Shown: positions 47,845-58,831, numbered from the stretch's first letter. The stretch is DNA of 64,000 nucleotides from Candidatus Bathyarchaeia archaeon (GCA_050010755.1 JBEKKK010000001.1:640001-704000), one strand, 5' to 3'. A program made the numbers and translations. Notes: generated by a model from the letters alone, not told the origin.

Positions 47845-49179
47845 CTAGGTGACTGGTCCGATTATGTCTGTTGCTGTTGCCTCGATAGTTGTTGCAGCCG
47901 CTGAAGGTGTTGTTTGGCCTGTGAACACTAGCAGATTTTGGGTGTCAAGTTCGTAAGACAACGCGTCGGGAGCTAAGGTTCCTGGTCTAGTGAGCAACGG
48001 TTTCCCACTCGCTTCCGCAGCCGATATTGCATTCTCGATTGCTTGCAGTGTTGGCGGATAAGCCGCAGGATAGCTTGAGGACAGGACTTGAGCTACCGGG
48101 TTCTCTGTCAAATTCACGTACTCAGACAGCCATAACGGTTGCGATATAAAGCTCAGGAACTGCTCAGCTTGGGCAAAGTGTTTAGTTGCGTTTGCTATTG
48201 CAAAGCTTGTGTACTCTCCAAAGATGTATCCGTTCGCTGAGGGGTTACTTGCGTAGTAAGGCCATGGTACCGCGCCTAGCTGGAACTGTGAATCATCGGT
48301 AACCATTCCAACGCCCCATGTTCCCTGAATCCACATTGCGGCCGATCCGTTCTGGAACAGTGGGGCCGCATCTGCGTAATAATCTGCTGATTGCCAGCCT
48401 GGTTGGAAGTCGTTGCCGGCTACCCATTGCGCTATGTTAGTGTCGGTAGCGTTATATATTGTAGTGAAATTGGTCTCGCGGGCAAGAGCATTTGCAAATG
48501 CATCGGGTCCATTGGTGCGTTCAAGTATGTATTCTTCTGGAAAGGTCAAGGCCCAAGTGTTTGCACCACTCATCGCGACTGGAACAATACCGTTTGCTTT
48601 GAAAACGTTGCTGTCGGCTTGGAATTGATCCCATGTCCAGCCCGTGGTCATGTCGGGTATGGTTAAGTTGTACTTGTTGAAGAGCGCTTGGTTTATGAAC
48701 AGCCAATCGCTGTCGAGCTCATATGGAATTGCGTACTGAGCACCGTTCACGGTCTCCGTGGTCTTGGCAGCAGCAGGGATTTGGTTTTGGGCCCATGTTT
48801 GGCTGTACAGATTTGATATGTCGGCTACCGAGTTGTCAACAACGTATGTGGTTGCATCGGCACCGCCGTACGTCACGAAAAAGTCGGGCGGAGCGCCGCT
48901 TCCGAGTGCCGTTGCTAATTTTGTGAAGTAATTGTCACCTGAATACTCTGAAACCTGAACAGTAATATTGTACTGGTTATAGAATGCCTGAGTCGCATTG
49001 CCCCAGAATTCGTCTTCCCCGGACTCTCCCGCAAACGGAAGCCAGAAAGTGAGTGTTACATTACTACTCTTGCTTGTGCTCGAGCCGTGATTTTCGTAGA
49101 CATACCAGCCGGAAACTGCCGCAACCACTATAATGACGATGGCAACAATTGCATAGATATATTTTCTTTGCATTTTCAA
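47845..49179 (-). CDS. carbohydrate ABC transporter substrate-binding protein
   Basis: N-terminal TM, APPDFF, YAIPY, FQNGSAAMWIQGTW. Confidence 0.9.
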   Translation of the reverse strand: MKMQRKYIYAIVAIVIIVVAAVSGWYVYENHGSSTSKSSNVTLTFWLPFAGESGEDEFWGNATQAFYNQYNITVQVSEYSGDNYFTKLATALGSGAPPDFFVTYGGADATTYVVDNSVADISNLYSQTWAQNQIPAAAKTTETVNGAQYAIPYELDSDWLFINQALFNKYNLTIPDMTTGWTWDQFQADSNVFKANGIVPVAMSGANTWALTFPEEYILERTNGPDAFANALARETNFTTIYNATDTNIAQWVAGNDFQPGWQSADYYADAAPLFQNGSAAMWIQGTWGVGMVTDDSQFQLGAVPWPYYASNPSANGYIFGEYTSFAIANATKHFAQAEQFLSFISQPLWLSEYVNLTENPVAQVLSSSYPAAYPPTLQAIENAISAAEASGKPLLTRPGTLAPDALSYELDTQNLLVFTGQTTPSAAATTIEATATDIIGPVT

Positions 49180-49286
49180 TACTTCTCCTTTTATCTTCCT
49201 CCTAGAGCGGGGGTAAGAGAGGTATCATGATATATTCTTTGCTATTCTCCTATCACCCTAAATGCATCTGTCAAACCGCAGGAAGG

Positions 49287-50633
49287 TTAATTCCCAAACT
49301 CGAAACGTTCTTTAACTTTCTCTTCTGCTTTCTCAATGACGTTCTTTTCGTTCACTGTTCGGACAGTGTCTGCTTGCACCACAATTCTGCCGTCCACGAT
49401 GACTGTTTCAACATCTCCTCCGTTGGCGCAGTAAACCAAGGTGCCGACTACATTGTTCAGCGGCCTCAGATGAGTCTTCTCCAAATTCACCAAGACCACA
49501 TCCGCCTTCTTACCCACCTCCAACGATCCTATCTGATCTTCAAGCCCAATTGCCCTAGCTCCTTCAATGGTCGCCATTTTTAACACGTCATTGGAAGAAA
49601 TGACTGAAGCGTCCATACTCGAAACTTTATGCAGAAAAGCCGCCGCTCTCATAGCTTCAAACATGTCCAAATTATCATTGCTCGCACACCCATCAGTGCC
49701 CAATGAAACAGTGATGCCTTTTCCAAGCATTTCCGGAATTGGAGCGATTCCTGATGCCAGTTTCATGTTGCTCTCAGGATTGTGTGAGACACTGGTGCTG
49801 GTTTTTTTCAATAAGTTAATCTCTCGATTGGAAACCCAGACGCAGTGGACCGCAGAAACATCGTTTCCTAAAAAGCCCAAGCTGTAAAGATATTCCACGG
49901 GCCGTTTACCAGTTTCTTTGGTGACCAGATCACGTTCGTATTTGGTCTCTGAAACATGTATTTGAATGTGCATTCTGTTCTCGTCTGCCAGCCCTCTTAT
50001 GTCCTGCAACAGTTCTTTTGAGCAGATAAAGGGTGTCGAGGGACCGTACATGCACAGTATTCGGCCATTCTCGGCCCCGTGCCATCGACTGGCAATTTGA
50101 TTGAACATCTGCATCATCTGATCTTTGGGAAGCAAAACTTCCGGGGGAACCCACTGGTCCGCCAAGCTCATCGCGTATACTCCGCGAATGCCCGTCTGTT
50201 TAAATGCTTCCGGCACTTTGGGGTTACGCAAGTTCATATCAACGATGCAGGTAGTTCCAGACCGCAAGGCTTCGATGCATCCGAGCATTGCTGCATAATA
50301 ACCGATTTCAAAATTTCCCTTCAATGAGCTCTGGAATTCCTCCTTGATTAAGGGCATTGTCACGTCGTACACCCAGTTTACCAGCGGAAGGTCGTCTCTC
50401 ATTCCCTTGAGCAGGTTCTGGTATAGGTGGGTGTGAGTGTTTACGAAGCCAGGCATGGCAGCTCTTCCCTTGGCATCTATCACGACTTCTGGAGAATACT
50501 GCTTCGTGACTTCCCTGCTATTGCCCACCGCAACAATTTTGTCGTCTTCTATCGCCACGGCGCCATCTTTGAGAATAGTATTTTGTTCGTCCATCGTCAC
50601 GATGATTGCGTTCTTGATTAGTAAGCTAGCCAT
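49287..50633 (-). CDS. amidohydrolase, MTA/SAH deaminase family
   Basis: PGFVNTHTH, HVSET, AVHCV, HNPESNMKL, LGTDG. Confidence 0.9.
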   Translation of the reverse strand: MASLLIKNAIIVTMDEQNTILKDGAVAIEDDKIVAVGNSREVTKQYSPEVVIDAKGRAAMPGFVNTHTHLYQNLLKGMRDDLPLVNWVYDVTMPLIKEEFQSSLKGNFEIGYYAAMLGCIEALRSGTTCIVDMNLRNPKVPEAFKQTGIRGVYAMSLADQWVPPEVLLPKDQMMQMFNQIASRWHGAENGRILCMYGPSTPFICSKELLQDIRGLADENRMHIQIHVSETKYERDLVTKETGKRPVEYLYSLGFLGNDVSAVHCVWVSNREINLLKKTSTSVSHNPESNMKLASGIAPIPEMLGKGITVSLGTDGCASNDNLDMFEAMRAAAFLHKVSSMDASVISSNDVLKMATIEGARAIGLEDQIGSLEVGKKADVVLVNLEKTHLRPLNNVVGTLVYCANGGDVETVIVDGRIVVQADTVRTVNEKNVIEKAEEKVKERFEFGN

Positions 50634-50814
50634 GTCATTCCTTCTGCCATCTTGAAAGAGGATGTTCGTTTGACATATCTTTTATTCTTTGCGCACCAGT
50701 CAAGCTGACCGTAGATGTGTAGCATTCGCCAAATTTAATGCTATGGAACGGGGAATAAGTTTTTAAAACAAAACCACATGATTAGTCGTCTTCAATATCA
50801 CGGAGATTCGAAAA

Positions 50815-51873
50815 ATGAGTTTTATGGAAAAGATGTTGAGGCGCTGGGAGAAAATAAGCATCAACCAACGCTGTCTCGAAATTATCAAAGAAATGATGAA
50901 GGAGAGCGACCGTCTAAACATTGGCGTGGAAGAGCTTAAGAACGGCACAACAATTATCGATTGTGGCGCAAAAGTTTCTGGCGGTTATAGAGCTGGAGAA
51001 CTGACCACACAAATAGCTTTCGGAGGATGCGGAGAAGCACACGTAAACGCCGTAACCTATGAGGACACGACGCTTCCAGTTTTGTTTCACTACACGGATA
51101 TTCCACCGTTCATAGCAGTCTCGATGTACGTGTGGGTCGGAGTGATTCCTCCTCCCCACGTTGGCAACAAAGGATTCACAGCTTGGATATCGGGTCCAGC
51201 AAAGGCCTTGGCTCAAGAACCCGCCAAGATATTTGAAAAATGGGCCTACAAAGACCCCCACCCCGACGCCGCTGTTCTCTTGGTTCAGACACGCTCACGG
51301 ACCGACGGGCTTCCGGACGAAAAATTCGCAAAAATTATCGCAGACAAGTGCAAGATAGGCCCTGAGAAGCTGTACTTGGTCCTGATTCCGACAGATAGCA
51401 TAACTGGGACGGTTCAAACCTCATCACGCGGAGTGGAAGACATATTCTGGCGGCTAACAGAATACTACAAGATTCCTTATACACGAATCGAAAATGTTAT
51501 GGGAACAACACCTGTTTCTCCGGTTTCGCCTCCCGCGTTGACTCAGCCTGGCAGCTGGCCTGATGATATGATAAGATACGGAGGTACTGTTCACTGCTGG
51601 GTCCGGTCCAACGAAGGAGAGGATCTTGACAGGATGGTGAAGGAATCAGTCATCGAGAATTATCCGAAAACCTACGGCACATCATTCTACCAGATGGCAG
51701 TTAAGGAACAGAAATACATAGACCCCACACTCGATCTGCACAAACTGGCAAAAGAAGGATTAGGGTTCATAGTCGGAGAAGTCTCACTGAGCGACACGCG
51801 AACAGGAATAGTTCACAAAGCGGGAAAAGTGCACTTGGACATGATAAAGAGGATCATGCAAAACCCATGGTGA
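50815..51873 (+). CDS. divergent methenyl-H4MPT cyclohydrolase (Mch)-like protein
   Basis: ISIN...NGTTIIDCG...GGYRAG, SGPAKAL, PTDSITGTVQTSSRGVE, YGG, YG.SFY. Confidence 0.8.
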   Translation: MSFMEKMLRRWEKISINQRCLEIIKEMMKESDRLNIGVEELKNGTTIIDCGAKVSGGYRAGELTTQIAFGGCGEAHVNAVTYEDTTLPVLFHYTDIPPFIAVSMYVWVGVIPPPHVGNKGFTAWISGPAKALAQEPAKIFEKWAYKDPHPDAAVLLVQTRSRTDGLPDEKFAKIIADKCKIGPEKLYLVLIPTDSITGTVQTSSRGVEDIFWRLTEYYKIPYTRIENVMGTTPVSPVSPPALTQPGSWPDDMIRYGGTVHCWVRSNEGEDLDRMVKESVIENYPKTYGTSFYQMAVKEQKYIDPTLDLHKLAKEGLGFIVGEVSLSDTRTGIVHKAGKVHLDMIKRIMQNPW

Positions 51874-52087
51874 ACGAAAGAACAACAAAGGCTACTAGCG
51901 AGCTTCGGGGTCCGGTTCGTAGTTCTCTGAGAATGAACCTAGGTGAAACTGAAAACAATTCGTCAAGCGCAGCAAGAATATATCAAACTCTTCGCCAAGG
52001 AGGGTTCAAGGCACAATGACGCCCTTTCAGCAAGCCTTAAGAAATGGCAGGTTTTCTTGGTCAGATAAATACAACGTGTGAAAGCAT

Positions 52088-53182
52088 TTGGTCAAGATCA
52101 CCCTGAAGAACGTCACCAAACAATTTGGAAAAGTGAAAGCAGTCGATAAGCTGAACCTTGAAATTGAAGATGAAGAATTCTTGGTCCTGCTCGGACCGTC
52201 TGGTTGCGGCAAAACAACAACTCTTCGAATGATAGCAGGACTTGAGAAGCCCACGAGTGGCGACCTTTTCTTCGACGACAAGCCGGTCACAACTCTTGAA
52301 CCCAAAGAAAGAAAAGTCGCCATGGTCTTCCAAGACTACGCTTTATACCCGCACATGTCAGTCCTTGATAATATCACACTCTGTCTTCAAGTCTCAAATG
52401 TTCCGGCCCAAGAAATAAAGAAAAGGGCACAGGAAACGGCAGAGTTGTTGCAGATCAGCGAGCTTATGGGTCGCAAACCAGGTCAGCTGAGCGGTGGACA
52501 GAGACAACGTGTCGCCTTGGCCAGAGCAGCAATCAGGAAGCCTTCCATTTACCTTTTAGATGAGCCCCTTTCGAACATCGATGCAATCCTGAGAATCAAA
52601 ATGAGAGGCGAATTGAAGAAACTACACGAAAGGCTGAAAACGACCACAGTTTATGTTACTCACGATCAAGCTGAAGCCATGGTGCTCGCAGATAGAATAG
52701 CCGTCATGAAAGATGGTTTACTATATCAAATCGACAAGCCCCTGGAGATTTATGATCATCCAGCGAACAAGTTCGTGGCCACTTTCGTGGGCATACCAGT
52801 CATGAATTTCGTCGATTGCCAAATTCAAGAAAAGAACGGCAAGTCATACGTAAACGCCGATGCTTTTCAAATGGAGATCACAGAAAACAGTCGGATCGCA
52901 ATGAAAGGACAGCAGTTTACAGCCCACGAAGCAGTAATGGGAATCAGACCAGAACACGTTTACGTGAGCAAAGCACCCTCCAAAAACGCTGTGGAGGCTA
53001 AAGTCGATCTTTTCCAACATTTCGGAGATACTGGATACGCAACCGTAGAAGTGGGGTCATCCCTGATCACAGCAAAAGTTGATCCCCTCCTCAGATTTGA
53101 AGAAGGAGAAAAAGTCTTCGTGAAGCTTAACAGCGAGCGCATTCACATTTTTGACAAAGCAACTGAGAAAACCATTTTTTAG
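52088..53182 (+). CDS. sugar ABC transporter ATP-binding protein (MalK-like)
   Basis: GPSGCGKT, VFQDYALYPH, LSGGQRQR, TOBE domain. Confidence 0.95.
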   Translation: MVKITLKNVTKQFGKVKAVDKLNLEIEDEEFLVLLGPSGCGKTTTLRMIAGLEKPTSGDLFFDDKPVTTLEPKERKVAMVFQDYALYPHMSVLDNITLCLQVSNVPAQEIKKRAQETAELLQISELMGRKPGQLSGGQRQRVALARAAIRKPSIYLLDEPLSNIDAILRIKMRGELKKLHERLKTTTVYVTHDQAEAMVLADRIAVMKDGLLYQIDKPLEIYDHPANKFVATFVGIPVMNFVDCQIQEKNGKSYVNADAFQMEITENSRIAMKGQQFTAHEAVMGIRPEHVYVSKAPSKNAVEAKVDLFQHFGDTGYATVEVGSSLITAKVDPLLRFEEGEKVFVKLNSERIHIFDKATEKTIF

Positions 53183-53200
53183 TTGGGTTCGCCCTATTAT

Positions 53201-53977
53201 CTAAGACGTTGACCAACCGCCATCCATTACCAAGGCCGTTCCCGTGATGTATGAAGATCTCTTCGATGCCAAGAACAGTGCTGCTTGCGCGATTTCTTCG
53301 GGAGCAGCGACGCGTCTGAGCGGTATTTTTTCCAAGTTTCGGGCAAATGCAGCGTCATAGTCTCCAGATGTCATCATCACACGTTTGAACGTTGGAGTCA
53401 GGACGGAGCCTGGACAGATGCAGTTCACACGGACATTGTCGGAAGCGAAATCCAAGGCCATAGCTCTAGTAAGCGATATGACACCCCCTTTTGAGGCGCA
53501 ATAAGCAGCTTCACCTTTAGAACCTATCAGACCCAGCACAGAGGCAATGTTAATAATTGCACCGCCTCCACTTTCAACTATTCTTGGTGTGCAGTATTTT
53601 GAGCATAGAAATGTGCCTTTCAAGTTGATATCGATGACCCTGTCCCAGTTTTCCTCCGACACGTCTACGACAGAGCCTGTGGATTCGACTCCTGCATTGT
53701 TAACGAGGATGTTAAGCTTCCCGTATTGTTCAACAGTTTTCTCGGCCATCATCTTGGCACTTGCAGACTTGGATACATCTCCTTGCATGAAAATAGCGTC
53801 TCCACCCTCTTTCTTGATGAGATCAACCGTGTTCTTTCCATCAGCTTCGCTCAAATCAGCAACAACCACTTTCGCCCCTTCACGCGCGAAAAGAAGAACG
53901 ATGGCACGTCCGATTCCCGAACCTGCTCCAGTCACTAAGGCCACGGAATCACTTAATTCTCCTTGACGCATCGACAT
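53201..53977 (-). CDS. SDR family oxidoreductase
   Basis: TGAGSGIG, NNAG, YCASK. Confidence 0.95.
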   Translation of the reverse strand: MSMRQGELSDSVALVTGAGSGIGRAIVLLFAREGAKVVVADLSEADGKNTVDLIKKEGGDAIFMQGDVSKSASAKMMAEKTVEQYGKLNILVNNAGVESTGSVVDVSEENWDRVIDINLKGTFLCSKYCTPRIVESGGGAIINIASVLGLIGSKGEAAYCASKGGVISLTRAMALDFASDNVRVNCICPGSVLTPTFKRVMMTSGDYDAAFARNLEKIPLRRVAAPEEIAQAALFLASKRSSYITGTALVMDGGWSTS

Positions 53978-54134
53978 TCCTCAATCTCATCCAAAACTGA
54001 CTTTTGACTATTAACATTTTTCAAAATTAAACAAAGTCTCTAGGCGTGCTCGAAACACGGTGCAAATGGAGTTATGACAATATTTATGAAGGGTTACACA
54101 TGAATTCAAACGAGTCTTGAAGACGCGGGTATAG

Positions 54135-55655
54135 ATGGAGGATTATGTTTACTTGAAACCAGAATCGTCTATGAGAAAGAAATTGGCTGAAAAAATAGCT
54201 GATGAAACCATTTGTGTGCAGAAGGCATGGGTGGGCACGGTCAAAAAGAAGCGCGGTGGACGATTCAACATAAAAGATTGGCAGCCGATGCTCCAAGCAA
54301 AAGAGCGCCTTGTCCCTAGCGGAAATCAGTCGAAGGACGTTTTTGACCTCTATTCGGTTTCGGCGAAGGCCGCGTACGATGTTCTCAGTATGCTAACGGA
54401 TTATGTGCGTCCTGAAGATGAGCCTTGGCTGGAACATTATCAGACGACGACTGTTTTTGAAATCCTGTACGAGTTTGACCGAGATTTTAAGAGAGCTTCC
54501 CAAAAGATCGCAGAGGCTATTGAGAGTTCGACCGACCTAATCACCCAGGAAGTTCTGGCCCGATTTTGTGGTCGCTATGGGCCCGTTTGGATCGCAGACT
54601 ATGTGGCGACTCCAGGATCGTTCTCAAACGTCCTTAGAAAAATTGTCGATGAGCTTCCGATGAAAACCGAGTATAAATGGGCTTTTATCAACGCGGTATC
54701 GGCTGCTCGCAACACTAGTTACAGTGTAATGTTCGGCTCAAAGTTCATCTGCGTACTAGCAGAAACCAACGACGTCTCCAAAGCGGTTGAGGCGGAAAAA
54801 CAAATGATGAAAGAGATGTGGTTACACCCCATCGCAACCCAAGTTCAGCTTATGAAAGAAGTGAAGCAAGAATCCTTCGACTATGAAAAATGCATGACGA
54901 TGTTTAAGGATCGAATTTTCGATGCAACCGTCAAGGCCGCTGAAGCAGGCGTGCACTACGCAAACATCAGTTTGATTCCATTCTGGGCTGCTGGAGACTT
55001 CCACCACGTATCTCAAACCAGTTACAACCTGTGCAAAGGTGACATCGAAATGGCTATCCTCGAGAGCCTGACAGAAGCTTATGAAAGCACAATAAAAAGA
55101 GCTAAAAGAAACAGGCAGCTCGACAACCCCTCAGAAATACCAACGTGGGAGATAACAGCGGCCGGAGCGGCCCACATAATGCATCTCGACGGGTTTACTG
55201 CGGAGATGGTGAATGACCTGCTCACCAGAAGGTATTTCAACCTGCTGCTCGAAAATCCCAGAAAATTCGAGTATGAATGCATGAACGAGGAGTTCGTCAG
55301 CTTTCTAACGCAAGGAGAACACATACTCGGAAAGCCTCCAACCGGACTGGGCGGCCAAGTCAATGGCGTCAAAATCGACCTTCAACCCATAAATGACAAT
55401 GAAGTCTTGAAGAATCCGCAGAGATACTCGTGGCCAGAATGTCCAATCACCGCACGTTTCAGCGGCTTACTTCGGTTTGCAGATGATCCATTTCACCTGT
55501 ACAGTGATCCCATGATATGCTTGTATGGCACCGAACTCATAGCTCTGGAACCTCGAAAGCCGTACCTTCCATTCTTTTATTGCAAACAATGCCCTTCAGC
55601 GAGGCTGATGCCGAGCAAATGCAAATACTGCTTAGCTGAAAAACCTATAAAATAA
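54135..55655 (+). CDS. DUF2193-like archaeal protein with C-terminal Cys cluster
   Basis: ~500 aa; NQSKDVFDL, YGP...DY...PGS.SN, GD.HH.SQ..YN.C, W..CPITARF, CKQC...CKYC. Confidence 0.65.
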   Translation: MEDYVYLKPESSMRKKLAEKIADETICVQKAWVGTVKKKRGGRFNIKDWQPMLQAKERLVPSGNQSKDVFDLYSVSAKAAYDVLSMLTDYVRPEDEPWLEHYQTTTVFEILYEFDRDFKRASQKIAEAIESSTDLITQEVLARFCGRYGPVWIADYVATPGSFSNVLRKIVDELPMKTEYKWAFINAVSAARNTSYSVMFGSKFICVLAETNDVSKAVEAEKQMMKEMWLHPIATQVQLMKEVKQESFDYEKCMTMFKDRIFDATVKAAEAGVHYANISLIPFWAAGDFHHVSQTSYNLCKGDIEMAILESLTEAYESTIKRAKRNRQLDNPSEIPTWEITAAGAAHIMHLDGFTAEMVNDLLTRRYFNLLLENPRKFEYECMNEEFVSFLTQGEHILGKPPTGLGGQVNGVKIDLQPINDNEVLKNPQRYSWPECPITARFSGLLRFADDPFHLYSDPMICLYGTELIALEPRKPYLPFFYCKQCPSARLMPSKCKYCLAEKPIK

Positions 55656-55672
55656 AAAGCTGACGCATAGTC

Positions 55673-56869
55673 CTAAGTTTGGCTTCTAAGCGCGCTTCTG
55701 TCAATTTGTGCGAGATTCTTCGTTCGCCTCCGCTTTGTTGACAGGAAGGGAAGAAGCACAGCAAGTCCTAGCACCGTTGTGATAGGCGGGAGAAAATGCT
55801 GGGCCAACACAGTTAAAGATTGACTTTCAGACCCGATGGGCGTTGCCGCAGTGTTGTTGGTGCTTGGGACATCCCAGAGAACTGTTCCAGAAGCTAACGT
55901 GTGGTCGTCCCAAGAAAAAATTATCTCGTACGGATTTTGTAGTGGGTGCTGATAGTACTGGGCGTCTGCACCAGGGTATTCTGCTCCTCCCCACATTAAA
56001 CTGTAGTCGAGATAGGAATGATCGCCTTCAAGTGACCACGCCCTGTCGACCAGAGTCCAGCCCGTCTGACTGAGCATTTTGGGCTCTTTCAGATCTACTT
56101 GCCAATAATTGTCGGCTATGGCTTGGCTGCTTATGACGCCGAACTGGAAATAGTTGGCGATTCTGCTGAGCGGAAACGGGTCAATAATCACGTTTCCATG
56201 GTAGAACTCCGGTATGATGTTTTGACAGTTGAGCGTGCCAACCACGTTTACCGAAATAAGATTTTCAACTTGTCCAGAAACAGATATCGAATAGTCCACG
56301 GAGCCGTTGCTATCCCAGCTTTGAAGCAGAGTAACTGGCGTCGATCTGTCGACTCCTGTGATTTGCCAAGTGTAAGCGTAAACAAGGCTTGACATGGCGG
56401 TCTGAATTGGAACCGTGGCTTCCTCTGTTTGATGAAGTCCCAAATCAACAAACATCCTGCCTGAGGCGTCGAGTACAAGCATCATGTAGAAGCCATAATC
56501 CACGAAGTTAAACACGTGATCCTGACTCTGAACGAACATGCCCCCTCCAAGCCAGCAGCCAGAAGGTAAAAGCTCTGGTTCAGTTGACGGAAAGCTAACC
56601 GTAACTGCAGTGGCCCTAACGGTGCCGTGCGCGGTCAAATTATCGGCCATAACATCGAAGCCACCTACGTAGGGCATGTTAGAATTCAGTCCAGCAACAT
56701 GATTGTCAGAAGTGAATGTCAAAATCAAATCGGAAGCTTTTACTCGAGAAACGGCCAACGCGCTCACAACCACGACAAGCATTAAGACGGTCGCAGCGTG
56801 CCCGCAACGTTTCAGTAGCTTGACCCCTTCCGCAATAAAGTTGCACTGTAGTTGATAAAATTTGCGCAA
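55673..56869 (-). CDS. secreted/membrane-anchored hypothetical protein
   Basis: Signal peptide, beta-rich domain, C-terminal TM + KRRR. Confidence 0.7.
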   Translation of the reverse strand: MRKFYQLQCNFIAEGVKLLKRCGHAATVLMLVVVVSALAVSRVKASDLILTFTSDNHVAGLNSNMPYVGGFDVMADNLTAHGTVRATAVTVSFPSTEPELLPSGCWLGGGMFVQSQDHVFNFVDYGFYMMLVLDASGRMFVDLGLHQTEEATVPIQTAMSSLVYAYTWQITGVDRSTPVTLLQSWDSNGSVDYSISVSGQVENLISVNVVGTLNCQNIIPEFYHGNVIIDPFPLSRIANYFQFGVISSQAIADNYWQVDLKEPKMLSQTGWTLVDRAWSLEGDHSYLDYSLMWGGAEYPGADAQYYQHPLQNPYEIIFSWDDHTLASGTVLWDVPSTNNTAATPIGSESQSLTVLAQHFLPPITTVLGLAVLLPFLSTKRRRTKNLAQIDRSALRSQT

Positions 56870-56901
56870 ATCTTAACTTTAACAAGAAAAGACCTGTTTT
56901 C

Positions 56902-57405
56902 ATGGCTACACAGTACACGAAGCAGCGGGAGACTGTATCCATCGACGCGGCCTACCGCGCCTACTATCCGAATACATCTGATGCGGCCGCCAAGATATCT
57001 GAAACAAACACTGCAGGTACACTGATGATCATAGCCACGATGGCTTCATTGGTTATTTTCATTCTCTCAGCATATGCTCTGCAAGATATCTACAGATGGT
57101 ATCCTCCGCTCGTAGCTCAACGATGGTTCATCTACGACCAACTACTCACCGTCTTCTCATTGCTAGGACTGATATTCGGGGGCCTAGCAGCTTCATTCAT
57201 ACTATCAAGGAGAAGTTTCAGAATGGCAGTTACATTAGCAACGATTTGCACCCTGTCTGGCGCAAGCGCCTTTGTAATTACCCTGATCCAGCCCCTAGCA
57301 GTACTATGGGTATCATTAGTCTTCTACTTCCTACCGCTATTCGTAATACCATTTACTGGAACTGTCCTGACCTATCTACAAGGAGAGCGCGCGCGACCAC
57401 AATGA
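56902..57405 (+). CDS. membrane protein
   Basis: About four hydrophobic segments. Confidence 0.65.
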   Translation: MATQYTKQRETVSIDAAYRAYYPNTSDAAAKISETNTAGTLMIIATMASLVIFILSAYALQDIYRWYPPLVAQRWFIYDQLLTVFSLLGLIFGGLAASFILSRRSFRMAVTLATICTLSGASAFVITLIQPLAVLWVSLVFYFLPLFVIPFTGTVLTYLQGERARPQ

Positions 57406-57595
57406 CACTGATTGAACCTTTCTCGCATGCGTAATGACCCTTAGCTACCAATCTTTTTCTTCTGTATGTCGTGGTTGCGTGTGCTTGGCAGTTAAGGTAT
57501 ATAAGTGATGTTGAGAATACTTGGATGCGCGTTCCATATCTATTATTTTGACGATGGAGTTGCGCGTTAAAAAAAACAGAGTGGAAACAAGTTAG

Positions 57596-58261
57596 ATGGC
57601 GAAACGTGTTTGGAGAGGGAGAGGCAGGCCTCTTAAGGGCATGCATTCATACGAAGATGGAAGGGTTTTGGAGAATCTTGCCAAAATCGCAGTGTTGCAT
57701 AATGTTGATGCGGGCGAATTTTTCAATCGCATAGTGGAAGCTTGGGACCACCAGCGGTCAAAATGTGAGCAGGTGATTATAGAATGTCGCGAGAGGACGA
57801 AGAATTCAGCGATTTTCCTCTTTACCGCCAATCGAATGGTTGTAGCTCAATTTCCGATATCGATTACCGTCCTGCAGGGAAAGCATCAGCTCGAAAGTTA
57901 CACGAAGACTATTTTGGCCGGAATCTCCTCAGTGAAGAATCTCACACGTGCAGACTCTAAGATTGGGAACTTGAAAGTTGGAATGAAGAAGGTCAGCCTA
58001 AAAGCAGAGGTGCTTGAGATTCCAAAATCTAAAATCGTTTACACGAGATACGGAACAACCGCTTGTATATCAAACGCGCTCATCAGAGACGAAACCGGTT
58101 CAATGAAGATGAGTTTATGGAACCAGCAGATAGACACAGTTCATAAGGGCGACGTAATTGACGTCAAAAATGGCACAGTAGCTTGGTTCAGCGGCGAAAT
58201 GCAGTTGCGACTGGGAAAAACTGGAAGCTTAAGCGTCATCAAATGCGCGCTCGCATCCTAG
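57596..58261 (+). CDS. single-stranded DNA-binding (RPA/SSB OB-fold) protein with N-terminal extension
   Basis: KIGNLKVGMKKVSLKAEV...DETGSMKMSLWN...GDVI...LRLGK. Confidence 0.85.
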   Translation: MAKRVWRGRGRPLKGMHSYEDGRVLENLAKIAVLHNVDAGEFFNRIVEAWDHQRSKCEQVIIECRERTKNSAIFLFTANRMVVAQFPISITVLQGKHQLESYTKTILAGISSVKNLTRADSKIGNLKVGMKKVSLKAEVLEIPKSKIVYTRYGTTACISNALIRDETGSMKMSLWNQQIDTVHKGDVIDVKNGTVAWFSGEMQLRLGKTGSLSVIKCALAS

Positions 58262-58273
58262 AAGGTAGTTTTT

Positions 58274-58831
58274 ATGCCGAAGACTAAAGCAATAATAAAA
58301 ATTCAAAACGTTGTTTCCGCGGCCACTCTCAACCAAAGGGTTGACCTGAACGCGGTTGTGAAGGGTTATCCAGGTGTCGAGTATCGACCGGAACAGTTTC
58401 CGGGACTAGTGTTTAGGCTTAAGAGACCGAAGACAGCCACGCTGATTTTCAGCTCTGGAAAAATGGTATGTACAGGAGCAAAATCGGAAAAGGAATCCCG
58501 CAGAGCAGTCATGACAGTTGTCAAAGAACTGAAAAAAGGTGGAATAATCATCATCGGCAAGCCGGACTTGAAGGTTGTGAACATCGTGGCTTCTGCAAGC
58601 CTAGGCGGAAAAGTAGATTTGGAAGCAGTTTCAACGCATGGAAAAACCATGTACGAGCCGGAGCAGTTTCCAGGGTTAATCTACAGAATGGACGAGCCCA
58701 AGGTGGTCATACTGGTATTCGCAAGCGGGAACCTTGTTTGCACCGGAGCGAAAAAAGAACAGGACATTCATGACGCGGTGCACAAGCTTCATGCAAACTT
58801 GGAAGAACAAAACCTCATATTCTACGAATAA
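58274..58831 (+). CDS. tbp: TATA-box binding protein
   Basis: Two repeats: NVVS...Y.PEQFPGL...LIFSSGKMVCTGAK / NIVAS...YEPEQFPGL...VFASGNLVCTGAK. Confidence 0.96.
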   Translation: MPKTKAIIKIQNVVSAATLNQRVDLNAVVKGYPGVEYRPEQFPGLVFRLKRPKTATLIFSSGKMVCTGAKSEKESRRAVMTVVKELKKGGIIIIGKPDLKVVNIVASASLGGKVDLEAVSTHGKTMYEPEQFPGLIYRMDEPKVVILVFASGNLVCTGAKKEQDIHDAVHKLHANLEEQNLIFYE

